NCBI RefSeq assembly: GCF_006345805.1
Contig: NC_043009.1
Span: 5,952,001-6,016,000 of the forward strand
Length of the DNA stretch: 64,000 bases
Source: Octopus sinensis
Lineage: Eukaryota
Direction of reading: 5' to 3'
Positions 1 to 13,169 of this stretch are shown piece after piece. The translations under genes and the position numbers were made by a program. The notes beneath the pieces were generated by a model, which saw only the letters and a program-made list of their open reading frames with translations, made no database searches and had not been told where the DNA came from. Numbering within the stretch: the stretch's first letter is position 1; each line of letters begins with the position of its first letter.

Positions 1-1412
1 AATCTAGAGCGTAAAATTTGGTTTTGTTCCATCTGAGTTCATATAATAAATGTTAGTGATATGTTGACGACAATAAATTCCATAATAGATAAGATTTGAA
101 GTAAGAGACTAAATAAAATATTTTCTATTGTAAATAGCAATTAATTAACAGAAATATTCTATTCATCTAAGTTCTCTGTTGGATTTATCAACGAATCAAA
201 AGCAGTAAATATTTGGCATCTCTATTATCTTAAAGTAATAATGATTTTTTAAATACAACAATATGGAATTGAACAGTAATAATTCAAATCTGGAAGAATG
301 AACTGTCATGGAGATAATATCATTTTTTTTTATTGCAAATCATAATTCTTTCAAAATATTTAGATTAAGATATTCTGATATAATAGGGGAATTATAACAC
401 ACTTGCAGAAATAGAGGAAGAACATATTCATTGACTTGAGGCAAAACTTTTAATCCATCATTTGCGTAATCAAATTCTAGTATTTCAGTCATTATTATTA
501 TTCCATCGAATAATCATTTTATGATAAACCACCAATTTCACAGATTTATATCGTTATTTATAAAAGGTGATATAAGACCACACATTTCTTCAGGGCTTTC
601 TAATTTAAATTAATCTGATCGAATATGTAGCATTTTATATCTAGTGCAGCCATGCTTTGAAATTTTCCAGGTGTGATCAAAACATCACTGTTCGCAAATG
701 AAATATCTACATCATTTAACGCGTGTTTCCTTATGAAGTAATCGGGTAATATTTGCTAGTAGTGGTTGGTGGTTATTATGTAGACATTTGAGCGTCGGAT
801 CAAAGTTGACCGTAGAAAATATATGCTTCGAAGTGTGAAATGAGATCCGAAACTAAAAGGCTTGACCTTTACATTTGTCGTGTATGTGTGTGGGTATTTG
901 TCTCTTTCTGTGTGCACGTTTGTTTGTATGTGTATCTGTGTGTAAGCGCTTGCGTGTGTGTGTGTGTGTGTTTCGAGATATTCTACTGGCACTAACTTTG
1001 GTGAAAAATTACTTGTAAGAGAAAAATAGACAAAGGAATCATCATTGTTCTTGCGGCATATTGAACGCTTCTACGTAATTATCTCATGCAACTGGTCGAT
1101 GGTTTTCTCTGACTTATTTAAGACATTTTGAATTAAAATGAAGCTTCTTGATATTCTCTGAACAGAAACAGTTTATTGAATTATAAACCGATTTAATGTT
1201 TTCATATGCCATGTCCATGATATAACAACGATATATGCAGGCTACATAACTGTGAATATTATAAGTAATATTACAAATTGCAAAGATTATCTAACATCAA
1301 CTTTGTAGGCTCAGCGAATAAATATTAGAGTTATTATGATGCCTATGTTAAGGTTATTTTATCAAAATTATTTTGTTTGGATATAGTGTTGTGTTTCAAT
1401 ATTCTTTTCTAC

Positions 1413-1820
1413 TCTAGGCATGAGGCCCGAAATTTTGGGGAGGGGGCAAGTCGATTAGATCGATCCAATAGGTAACTGGTACTTAATTTACCGACCTCGA
1501 AAGGATGAAAGGCAAAGTTGACCTCGGCAGAATTTGAACTAGAACGTAAAAACAGACGAGATACTTATTTCTTTACTACCCACAAGGGGCTAAACACAGA
1601 GAGGACAAACAAGGACAGACAAACGGATTAAGTCGATTATATCGACCCCAGTGCGTAACTGGTACTTAATTTATCGACCCCGAAAGGATGAAAGGCAAAG
1701 TCGACGTGACTTTGCCTTTCATCCTCTGTCGGCAAAATTTGAACTCAGAACGTAAAAACAGACGAAATACTGTTAAGCATTTCGCCCGGCATGCTAACAT
1801 TACTGTCAGCTCGCCACCTT
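1413..1820 (-). mobile_element. Two adjacent copies of a tRNA-derived SINE with a Deu/Nin-like central domain
   Basis: Two copies of ...GGTACTTAATTTA(T/C)CGAC...GAAAGGATGAAAGGCAAAGT..AC...AATTTGAACT(C)AGAACGTAAA. The reverse complement CTTTGCCTTTCATCCTTTCGGGGTCGATAAATTAAGTACC resembles the Deu/Nin SINE core; GAGTTCAAAT is B-box-like. The same motif recurs about 10 times in the window. Confidence 0.8.
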
Positions 1821-1844
1821 TGTTGTGTTTCAATATTAATACAC

Positions 1845-2295
1845 ACAAGGCCGTTGAGCTTTCATAATCTTTACTGCGCGGGAAAAATGCCTATCGGAGT
1901 TATGCCCGTCTTTAGGTTCTGAGTTCAAATTCTGCCGAGATCTACTTTGCCTTTTAATTTTCGGGGTAGATAAGATGAGTACCAGTTGATCAGTGGGGTT
2001 GATGTAATCGAGTTATCCCTTAGCCCGTAAAGGTTAGTCCTGTGCCAAAATATAAACCAATATTAAAAAAACAATCAAGGATGGCGAGCTGACAGAATCC
2101 CTACAGTGACGGTATAAATGCTTAGCTGCCTTTCTTCCGAATTTACGTTCTGTGCTGAAATATTGCCGGGTCGAATTTCCTTTTCATGCTTTTCGGGTCA
2201 CCAAAATACGTACCACTTCAGCACTGGTGTTGATATAATCAACTTACCAATCACCCGAAATTGCTGGCCTTATGCCAAAGTTTGAAACAAGTATA
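1845..2295 (+). mobile_element. Two further diverged copies of the same Deu/Nin-like SINE, opposite orientation
   Basis: GTTCTGAGTTCAAATTCTGCCGAG..TACTTTGCCTTT..TTTTCGGGGTAGATAAGATGAGTACCAG (~1915-1985) and GGCGAGCTGACAGAATC...GGGTCGAATTTCCTTTTCATGCTTTTCGGGTC (~2082-2200). Confidence 0.75.
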
Positions 2296-2549
2296 AATAC
2301 AAGGAACTATTTTCCCTTACAGATGGTGTCACAATTTTATTATTGTTTCATGGGAAATGCGTATCTAACATGTCTAAAGATTTCGTAACACATTCTTTAA
2401 TAGGGGAAAACTAATTATGCATTATCCTTTCTTAATATGTGTTTATAGCGGATTCGTGTAATCAGCGATATTTTATCTACAGATATGAAGTAGTCATATA
2501 ACTTAATATTATTCAGCTAACCCAATGATATCCTTCTGTTATTAATCAG

Positions 2550-2696
2550 GTTTATTTAAAGTATCATAATTCTTCATCCGAACACACCGAAACACTACTT
2601 CAGTCTACATATACATCTGGAACCTCAAATGTCATATTCCAAATCCGGTTATTATGTGAAGGGTTCTTGTGCGATAAGGACCAATTTATTAACGCG
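2550..2696 (+). CDS. Candidate internal exon of host gene (phase 0-0)
   Basis: Acceptor TTCTGTTATTAATCAG, 147-nt open frame VYLKYHNSSSEHTETLLQSTYTSGTSNVIFQIRLLCEGFLCDKDQFINA, donor GCG|GTAAAA. No homology check possible. Confidence 0.4.
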
Positions 2697-3383
2697 GTAA
2701 AATTTCCGGGATATTGTCGACGTAGTAGTCTGCTACGTTGAACAACTTAACAATATTGAAAATTACTGAAATTCAAATGATAATTGATAAACTATATCTA
2801 TGGGCAATGATTATAAACGGATGAAGTCCAAATTATCATACACCTTCGTGCTTTATATTCTTACACACTAGAATGTAACATATAAATTTAATCTATTACC
2901 TTTTAGAATTACTCAATAATAGGTATTATTATAATGTTTCAACATTTTACTTCTCTTTATGCCTTCTTATTTATCCACCATTCTTATATTTCGTATTTGA
3001 AATGCTATTTCTTTATTGATATTTGCTCGTACCTATTTCCAATTCCTAAACAAACAAATAAATTATCCATAACTAGTAACGTTTATATGCATTGGTTTGC
3101 TCTGCTTAGAATATATCTCGACCACAATGCGCTATTGATAATTTTTTTCAATGGTTCTCAAAATTTTCGTAAAAATATTTAGTTGTGTCGTCTTTTCAGT
3201 ATTCAGCTGATCGTTATAAAGACATACAAAGCTGGGATTGAATTATGATATTTATCCAACTATACTTACAGACTCACTCAACGTACACACATCCACGTAC
3301 GTATACATACAATTATATTCATATAGACATATGTTTGTAAATATATACACACATACACTCATATACATGGTTGTACATACATA

Positions 3384-3439
<56 letters not shown>

Positions 3440-4021
3440 TATGTATGTATATATATATATATGAAGTAGAGAGAGAGTGAGAGGATGAGAATAAAAATAT
3501 ATTACCCTGTCACTTTATTTCGTTTGATCTCACATGTATAATTATAAATATGTTCGAGAGCACTATATAATCATATAACTATTTCCAAAGCATAACACAA
3601 TTGATCATAAGTATTCAGCAATGTTAGTGAATCGAAAATGATTGATATAAAGTGATATTACCATAAGTGATTGAACATCATCCTGCAAATAACAATAGTT
3701 TCATTCTTTGATATATAACTAAAGTCTATCATTCCAAATACAGCTTACACTAGTTATCTTAATATACCATAGCTTTGACTAATGCCATCCATAGATAAAT
3801 TGGCCACATCTCTAATTGTATAGTTATTTGTTGTCTGAGTTTTTGTTTATTCATGTGTTCGTGTTCGTTAATGCATGTTCCTATATATATGTATTCGTTT
3901 AATGTATGGTTTCGTTCGACATTACACTGTGATAATATAATAATGCTGCCGTAATTCTGTACATCGTAATTTCATTATATTCTCTTTAAAAATGTTGATT
4001 TATAACGAACTATCATTACAG

Positions 4022-4158
4022 GCCACAAGGGACTTAGGAAATTGGAGGAATATTGGGTGGGGGAATATAACACTTTTACTGCAATTCCTTGCGATATCAG
4101 ACAAGAATGGTACTATCATCAATAGCAGCAAAAACAAAAACAAAACATCATCAAATAA
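4022..4158 (+). CDS. Candidate internal exon of host gene (phase 0-2)
   Basis: Acceptor TATCATTACAG, open frame ATRDLGNWRNIGWGNITLLLQFLAISDKNGTIINSSKNKNKTSSN, strong donor AA|GTAAGG. Phase-compatible with 2550-2696. Confidence 0.4.
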
Positions 4159-4828
4159 GTAAGGCCAAATTAAAACATGTTCTCCATAATGTTTCTACAA
4201 TTAAAAAACATGAAAGTGTAAAGGGAGAATATTGATAATTTTTATTGCTTTGGATCTTCGATGTTTGCTGTCTCATATTTATTCCTTCGCATTTTTTCCT
4301 TTCTATTATACTCATGTCATTCCTTTCTTTTAATATAGAAGCGTTTTGTGATAGCCTGTGTATTTTGTCTTTGATTCAATTTTATCGTACTGCATATTCT
4401 CATTTACATTATCAATTTTTATATAAACGCTTGGCGAAAAAAAAATATGTATATATAATTTTATATGTGCATTAAGTTAAGTATATTTGATGTCGATTTT
4501 TAAAATGTTTTCAAACTTTCCTCAACTATAACTAGTTTTCAAAGTTTTGTCAACAAATACAACAACAAACAACAAAAAGAATTAATAAAAATGATAATAA
4601 TAACAACAACAACAATAACAAGAATGATACTCTACATATGATATTAACTGAAGAATCTTCATGAAAAAGTATTCAAATTATGAAAGAGTAAATATGCATA
4701 TATTTATTTTTGCACCATCATTTTACTTCAAGCTCGTAAAAATTTAATGAGAAACCAGCTGTTACGAATTCATAATGCTGTCGTTAAAATTCGACTGACT
4801 CGTTTAAATAAGTTGAAGGAAGAAGGAC

Positions 4829-4854
4829 TATTATTATTATTATTATTATTATTA

Positions 4855-4926
<72 letters not shown>

Positions 4927-4931
4927 TATTA

Positions 4932-4964
<33 letters not shown>

Positions 4965-5039
4965 CATCATCATTATTATCTTTTATTACTGCTGTTATTA
5001 TTGTTGTTCTTATTATTGTCATTATTATTATTGTTGTTG

Positions 5040-5093
<54 letters not shown>
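4829..5093. repeat. (TAT)n / (TGT)n trinucleotide microsatellite
   Basis: Directly visible; explains poly-L/I/Y ORF 4747..5094. Confidence 0.95.
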
Positions 5094-5095
<2 letters not shown>

Positions 5096-5614
5096 GTATT
5101 TACTTTAAAACCCTTTGATGTCTTATTAATAGTATGGGTTAGCTACTCTTTCACCTCACTTTGAATATGTAATTAGAATTGATGTTTTAAAATTATATAC
5201 ATTAATAAATTCTGTCAAAATTGAACGTCAGAGATATCTTATCGATTGAATTCAAATATTTTGTTAGTTTTGTGTGATCGGAACTTAAGTGTGTGTTTTA
5301 CACAGATAGATACAGCAAGGTGATACAATTATTGTAGATCTTTATCTATGTTACATTGGTTTTTCTTAGTCATATTTCAAAAATTTATAAGTGTGGAGAT
5401 TTTTATTTTTTCTCTGTACTGATAACTATTCATACTTTACGAATAACGTAATGTTATTTTTTAAAATATATATACATACAATATCACTTACCAATAATAT
5501 ATAAATTTAATCGCGTTGCTTTGCGTATGTAAACGCACAAATCCTACGTACATACATATATAGATATATATTCTCACACAAATATATACTTCCATATATC
5601 TACCTGTGTATGAA

Positions 5615-5682
<68 letters not shown>

Positions 5683-6376
5683 GCATATATATGTGTTTAT
5701 ATAAATTTATATATATATGTTTTATGAGTGCTCCCTTTGGGTTATCACTAAAACACCGGTTTGAACTGCAGCTCAAAGTGTGATGTTTTGACTGAGTGAC
5801 ACAAGCGGCCATTGGTGGTTTTTGCGTTTTCATTTTTACTTTACTATTTAGTTATGCAAATGCTAATATGTATAACCAACTACGACAGCTTAGATTCAAC
5901 CAACCTCTATTTTTCATCTACCTCACAATAGATTTAATAAAATTTAAACCTAAATAAATTGTAAGACTTTCGAATCATTGAATATTTTCTTTTCTGGTTT
6001 CTCCCACTATCTTTCGCTCTATTCTCTTCTTTGTCTATCTCTCTGCTTTCTTCGTTCTGGTGATGTCTACCCTTTGTAACGAGGTAAATACATAGTTACT
6101 TCAATATGGTACACAGAAACAGCTGTAAACTCACTCTTACTCTCAACCTGATTACGTAAATACATAATGGTTTTTATAGCACCACACTTCTCATTCTTGG
6201 TTTTCCTCCATTTTCTTATCGTCTATATATACATTAAACTACAATTTACCTTTTTAATTACCTGCTGCCGTATACCTTATACGAAAGACCATAGTAACTG
6301 ACGTAATTACCAGGAGTGCCTTTGGATACACCTATCCCTTAGAGGGTTTAAATACCTCTAACTCATATATATATAT

Positions 6377-6408
<32 letters not shown>

Positions 6409-6725
6409 CACGCGCGTATATATAGTAACAGAAAAGCAGGAATTTTATTTAACTCTAAGTTCTTAGTTGTAATATAGATACGAAATTAAAGAAGGAAACA
6501 CTTTATATGATTTTAATATAATTTTAAAGATATCTTATGTTGTGTTTGTCGACCGATTTCGCTTTCGCTAATCATGACATTACAATTTATTTAAATACGT
6601 ATATATATATATATATATATATACATTTATATATTCAGTATGCGTAAGGTATTTGAGGATACACCCTATTGTGCTAACTCTGTATAATGTTTATGGGAGT
6701 GTGGGTGTGTGGGTGTTTGTGGGTG

Positions 6726-6772
<47 letters not shown>

Positions 6773-6795
6773 GTATGTATGGGTGTATGTATATG

Positions 6796-6912
6796 CCACA
6801 CCAACTCACAAGTGTTTGGTTGGGAGAAGTGTATAGTAGAAGACTTGCCCAAGGTGCCACGCAGTGAGACTGAACCCGGTACTATATGTTCGGAAGCAAA
6901 CGTCTTACCACT
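6796..6912 (-). mobile_element. 5' part of tRNA-derived SINE with CORE-like segment
   Basis: AGAAGACTTGCCCAAGGTGCCACGCAGTGAGACTGAACCCGG matches the head of the fuller copies at 22325-22728 and 31942-32310. Confidence 0.7.
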
Positions 6913-7220
6913 TTGTCGTTAGTAGCCTCACTGCCAGCAGCACACATTATACAGACGCTGAGAAACCACGTGTGTAACAACAAATGAAGTAGTCCTCATT
7001 ATCATTGTAATAAATTGCTATCGAGAAACACGAAGCTCTTTGTGTAAATATACTGTTCTTGTGTCATTATATTTGTAGATGCTTGCGGGTGTATACAATC
7101 CGTATATATGTAAATGTCTTTGCGTGCATGTGTTTTAAAAACGATTGCTTTCAGGTGCTCTTTAGCATTTCTGTTTGCCTATTTCATACACAGATTATTT
7201 CATAGATCGGTGCAGGTCTA

Positions 7221-7276
7221 TATGTCTGTCTGACTGTATGTGTGTATGTATGTATGTATGTATGTATGTATGTATG

Positions 7277-7307
<31 letters not shown>

Positions 7308-7366
7308 GTATGTATGTATGTATGTATATGTGTGTGTCCTTATAGATTTCTGTTTACATATATAAG

Positions 7367-7411
<45 letters not shown>

Positions 7412-7412
7412 G

Positions 7413-7443
<31 letters not shown>

Positions 7444-7525
7444 GGAGAATGAGAGAGACGAAGAGGGGCAGACAACTAAACAGACAAACAAACAGATAGA
7501 TCAATTGATAGATAGATAGATAGAC

Positions 7526-7574
<49 letters not shown>

Positions 7575-7625
7575 CATAGATAGATAAATAGACAGACAGA
7601 CAGACAGATATATCAATAGACAGAC

Positions 7626-7710
<85 letters not shown>

Positions 7711-7721
7711 TTGGTAGATAG

Positions 7722-7758
<37 letters not shown>
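7221..7758. repeat. Compound microsatellite (TATG)n-(TA)n-(GA)n-(GATA)n/(GACA)n
   Basis: Directly visible; the long (GATA)n tracts at ~7506-7740 carry no retrotransposon insertion. Confidence 0.95.
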
Positions 7759-7759
<1 letters not shown>

Positions 7760-8286
7760 GTTTAAAATTGTTTACTTTCGAGCGTAGTATTGCCGGTATG
7801 GTGATTGTTTCGAAATGGGAACTCTCTTTACTGACAATATATGTGAAACCGCCAAAAGTTTGCTTTGATTGATGTCATTAGACAGGGACAGTAGGCTATA
7901 TGTCTTAGTTTAATTACACTCCATCAGCTATAGACAACCTTTCGTTGTTCATACCATACCAAGAAAGGTGCTCTGATAAGTAAACAGGAACTAACAAATT
8001 TGTTGGCCAGTGGTAAGTTTTGTAAATCGGACATTAATTAATTTATGGAGCTACTAATTTGTGATGATTAAAATAAAGCTATTTGCATTTATATTTAAGT
8101 CGTTTGTGTATACATAAACGTACATAGGCAGCCGTTTGTTGCTGCGTTTATCACGGAAGTAAAATTCTCTTAATAGACCGAGTACGTGAAGATATACCAA
8201 GCAGCGCTATGAATGGCGTCAATGGATTCAAATATATATTGGTTTACTATGATTTTCTGAAATGTCTTAGAGACAATGCGTACCCA

Positions 8287-8598
8287 GTATGGTCATAAGT
8301 CTGGTATTCCGTCGGTTATGGAAACGAGGTCTCCAGTTGATCCGATTAACGGAACAGCCTGCACGTGAAATTAACGTGTATGTGGCTGAGCTCTCCACAT
8401 ACATTAACTTACTTCTTAGGGAGATTAAGCGTGACACGTAGTGTGACAAGGCTGGCCCTTTAAAATACAGGTAATGCTTATTTTGCCAAATGAATGGACT
8501 GGAGATATAGTGTTTTGCTCAAGGACGTAACGCATCGCCGAGAATTGAACTCACGACCTTGCGATCGTGAGCCGGATACTCTAACCACTAAGCCATGT
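8287..8598 (-). mobile_element. tRNA-derived SINE (third family)
   Basis: Reverse complement begins CATGGCTTAGTGGTTAGAGTATCCGGCTCACGATCGCAAGGTCGTGAGTTCAATTCTCGGCG (A box TGGCTTAGTGG, B box GAGTTCAATTC), followed by GTCCTTGAGCAAAACACT. Confidence 0.75.
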
Positions 8599-10589
8599 AC
8601 TTTCAATAGTATACGTCTACAAAGAAAATATCAGCTGCACATGTTATATTTCAAAGGATTTGGAATCCTTCTTGTAAAAACTGCTGGATGTTACATAATA
8701 ATATTCTATTGAATTTTTCTGATGAATTGGTACAACTCCAATAACGGTGTATGTAGTTCGTTTCCATCTTCAGCATATCCGTGGAAGTTACCTTTCTAAT
8801 TATCAAACCGTCATCACCTCTGTCCTCGTTTCATTTGTTTTATCATGTTAACATCTAAACCTTCTTATTGTTGATTATAACAGGGATAAAAATTTCCTTC
8901 TCAAAGAGATTATATTCTTATTTATAAACTCTTCCTTATTGACATGAAAATTACTGTTCTCCTTATAATCTTTGTCCTTCGGTACGTATCACAATAACTT
9001 ACGAACTCCTTAGCCAACAACAAAATTACAATAATCTAGAATTGTAAAGGTTCATGGGTTAGCAAATACATTGTTCCCGACTTTTAGCCCATTTATTCAA
9101 ACCATGCATATCAGCCCCAAATACTCTATCCTCTTTCATTCTGAAAGCGGCCATATTCGTGCTATCTACATTCGTATTCTACTACATTCTACCAGATTCG
9201 TACTCATCTACATTCTAAAAATAACTCACATCATAAAAACCTTGAAGTGACCAGAAAATGCACGATGAATTCAAATCAATGTACAATCTTCTGTGGAGTT
9301 ACAGTTGATGAATAATCGATATTTACCTCAATATTGGTTTTGGAATTCTCTCTCTTCAATTTATTATTGAGGATGTTTTCTTTCCAAACAAAGGCCATTA
9401 CAAAATTATGACTGAATGTTCCATTCTGATCTTCAAATATCCCCCAGTTACCTGAAACTCGGATTCCAAAAGACGTCGTTTGTCTTACGTCCACTTGGTA
9501 CACTTTATTGCTACATTATTACGAAAAATGCAGTTTTACCTGTTAATTCTGAATATAAACAGTTATTTGTTTCATGCTTTTGTATTGAACATTCCGAAAT
9601 TTTCTGACGATGAAAAAATCTATAGAGCATTACAGAGCATTAAACGGTGATATTCTGTTATATAAATGTTATCGCTTTATAGTATTTTATAATGATGTTC
9701 GATTGTCTTCCACTATTTTTTGCATTGTTATAGATATACTATCACTCGTTTTGTATAGAATAACCTCTAAATGGAGTCACTCTGTTATCTACCATATCTC
9801 CCGTTTAGATTTTTCCCATTAAAGTTATAGAATATTACTTTTGTTCATTTTATTCTAAGTATTTATTGTATCTGTTCTTTCCTTATTATTACCAGGCTAA
9901 CGATTCGTTGGTATCTTTACGGTTTCTTTTTAATAATATAAGTGCGCATGCTACATATTTTTTTTTACTATATTTTCTAAACTAATTCTATTAGTAATAC
10001 TGTTCTTCCATTATTTCATATATATTTATCTAATCGCTTCAAAAATCTTATATGCTGTAACGTCTTTTTTTTTATACTACCTAATCTCTACATATGTAAC
10101 AGCTATACTAAAAACACTAAAACAACGCCCACTTATTATAAATATTTTAAATTGTTATCAGATCTTGCTGATATTTATGCAGGGAAGATACTTTATTATT
10201 GAACAATAATAGTTTATGGGAGCTCCAATCTATTCTCGACAATAGAGCATCAACAAATCATACAACGTACATTCTACTGGTTCTACACATTAATAAAACT
10301 CAACTGCTATACCAAACACAAAGGAAGACAAGATATACCAAACACAACGACAATCATATACTAAACACTAGGCAAACACTTTATACTTCACATTACGTAT
10401 ACTTTACACAACAAAAGAGATCTAAAATATATATCTTAGAAAAAATAATCTCTAGAAAAACTAAAAATAAATTAGGTATGATAGAAACAGAATTTTACAT
10501 GCCATAACATAATGCTGCATAAACTTAAAAGGCCCACACATATACCTGTTTTTTTTTAGAGGAAAACCGCGTAAAATAGTAGAAGCATG

Positions 10590-10669
10590 AGGAAAATAAC
10601 AATGATAATAACAGCAGTCATGAGGAGGTGGAGAGGCGGAGAAGGATGATGATGATGATGATAATAATG

Positions 10670-10723
<54 letters not shown>

Positions 10724-10955
10724 GTAATGATGATGATGATGATGATGATGAGGAGGAGGAGGATAAGTAGAAGAAGAAGAAGAGGAGGAGGAGAAGGCGG
10801 AGAAGGAGAAGAAGAAGAAGAAGAAGAAGAAGAAGAAGAAGAAGAAGAAGAAGAAGAAGAAGAAGAAGAAGAAGAAGAAGAAGAAGAAGAAGAAGAAGAA
10901 GAAAAGAAGAAGAAGAAGAAGAAGGAGCAGCAGCAGCAGAAGAAGAAGAAGAAGT
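10590..10955. repeat. Compound trinucleotide microsatellite (GAT)n(AAT)n(GAG)n(GAA)n(CAG)n
   Basis: Directly visible; explains homopolymeric ORFs 10556..10975 and 10628..10984. Confidence 0.95.
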
Positions 10956-13169
10956 ATCCGTTCTACTATAGGCACAAGGCCTGAAATTGTGACAGACGGG
11001 CTAATCTATAACATCGACCCACAATGCCTAACTGGTACTTATTTCATCGACCCCGAAAGGATGAATGACAGAGTGGACCTTGGCAAAATTTGCACCCAAA
11101 CACTCTCATTCAATAACAGGCAGTAGCTCTCATGGAAGTGTCATCACGTGTCTGTTTGTCTTGGTATAAAAAAATAGGCTACAGGAAATATTTGCTTGTC
11201 ATTTGCCTGACCGTAACCATTTGAGCATGTCCTTTGGTAGCTGACGCTATATACATTTCTGGTCACGAGCAGAATTAGTGGGGGTGATTCATAACCATGT
11301 GTTGAGAGGAATTCTTAGGGGTTTGAATAATTCACCTCTGGAAACGGGTGTTCCTTTCAACTTCTTTAAACAACACTTATTCTGGGAAATTTTTAGCAAG
11401 ATGGGCTACTCAACAGTGACGAAAATTTTAACAAGGGCATTACCTGCGAGGTTATGCACTGTTTATATCGATATGAAATCACTATGTCCCTTTTATCTTT
11501 TCGAAGTCGGTGAAATAAGTACCAGTTGTGCAACACGGTTAATGTGATCGTCTTGCTCCATTACCAACTTTTTAAGCCTTGTGACTAAATTTGAAATCAA
11601 TCTTATACATTAGTAAAACATTTTAGGATAATTGAAATTTCCTTTAAAATGAAATTAGATATTTCTATATACGTAAAGCCTTTGGCAGCTATCTGATTAA
11701 ACATGATGAAAATGTAAACATATCTACAGAAATATTAAAACCCATTATGTACATACTTATTCCTGGTTTATAATGCAAAAGAAATGTATAAGGTTTGAAC
11801 AAAAGTTTGTGGAAATTGGTTTCCAGAATCCAACATTTCGCTTACCATTCTTGGGTTACCGTCAATTGTACCCGAAGATATTTTAAACAATACTTTACAA
11901 AATATTAAAGCAAATTTTGGCTTGCCTTGAAGCATAATCTCTCAATACATTGATGTCAGATTTTGGCGTAAGGCCAATAAGTTTGGAAAGGGGTTATGTC
12001 GATTAAATCTACCTCAGTCTTCAACTGGTATTTGTTTTATCGAATCAAAAAGGAGGACGAAATGGAAAGCCGACCCCGGAATTTGAATGTAAAGGCGGAT
12101 GAAACGCGGCTAAACATTTTATCCGGAGCACTAATTATTCTGCCGGATCGCCGCCTTATTTCTTTGAATATATTAACTCATTGTAAATAGACCTTCATGA
12201 TAACAACGTGCCGTGTTTACGATATAATAGGAAGAAGTCGCAATTGTTTAAGTGTTTTTGTTTTCTGCTTCGATGCTAGCATCCATTTTACGATTCTCTC
12301 TCCACCAATTTCTTCCCTGTATTGTTACCTCTCTCGCATCCTTTATAATAGTATAGTCATTGAGAATTTAATAAAATAAAGTGGCGTAGATTTTACAAAA
12401 TCTTCTTGAAAATAAATCTTCAAAGCGAGTGGATATTCTTTTGTTCAAAAGAAACGGAAAAAAAAAACTAAAGCTAACCGCTAAGAAACAGCTTGCCAAA
12501 ACTTCAAATAAGTTCTTCAGTTGCGATTATTTCCGATATACATCATCAGTAACAGTTGCACACACTTACATGATTTGACACTGGCATGGACTTAGAGAAT
12601 AAACTCGGAAAAAATCTACACGCTTCATTGTCAGAAAAAATATCGCACTTGCTTAAGGAGTAATAAACTTAACTAGGTTATGTGTGAGGGGCAAGGTTTC
12701 GAATGCAAGTAGACTTTGACACCCACACAACATACATAGAGGTAACCAGGTTTGAACATCGTAAAATAGCTTTTAAAAATCACAAGCACTATACAACAAC
12801 CAAGTTTGTTGTCGTTTTTTTCTCTTAATGATACTGCATAAACTCGAAATCAAAAATTTCCCTGGTTAGCAACAAACATCCATTGGTGAACGTTCAATAT
12901 TTGCTTTCGAGTATACAATTATTTTGTCAATCGAAGATAAAATAAAAGATATATTTTTTGAATGCACTAAATAACACATCTTACCATGTTTATCAGGTTA
13001 GACGACCACGTAGCAGTTGCACCTTTCACTTTCTGGTTTGGGACGTTTCGTGGCCTTCATAATATTTCGTGGCTAATAATATTTCACATTTACAGCTACT
13101 TCAGCGTTTGAATAAACCATAAAATATGTCGCAATTAAGTACACACACACACACACATATCCATAGATC

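Noticed and set aside
7506-7740. Long (GATA)n tracts here and at ~24355-24495 as possible further Tx1-like insertion sites
   Set aside because: No element-derived sequence is present; they are unoccupied tracts.
8700-9560. Possible decayed LINE coding sequence on the - strand
   Set aside because: Only a vague IKQMKRG similarity; insufficient to classify.
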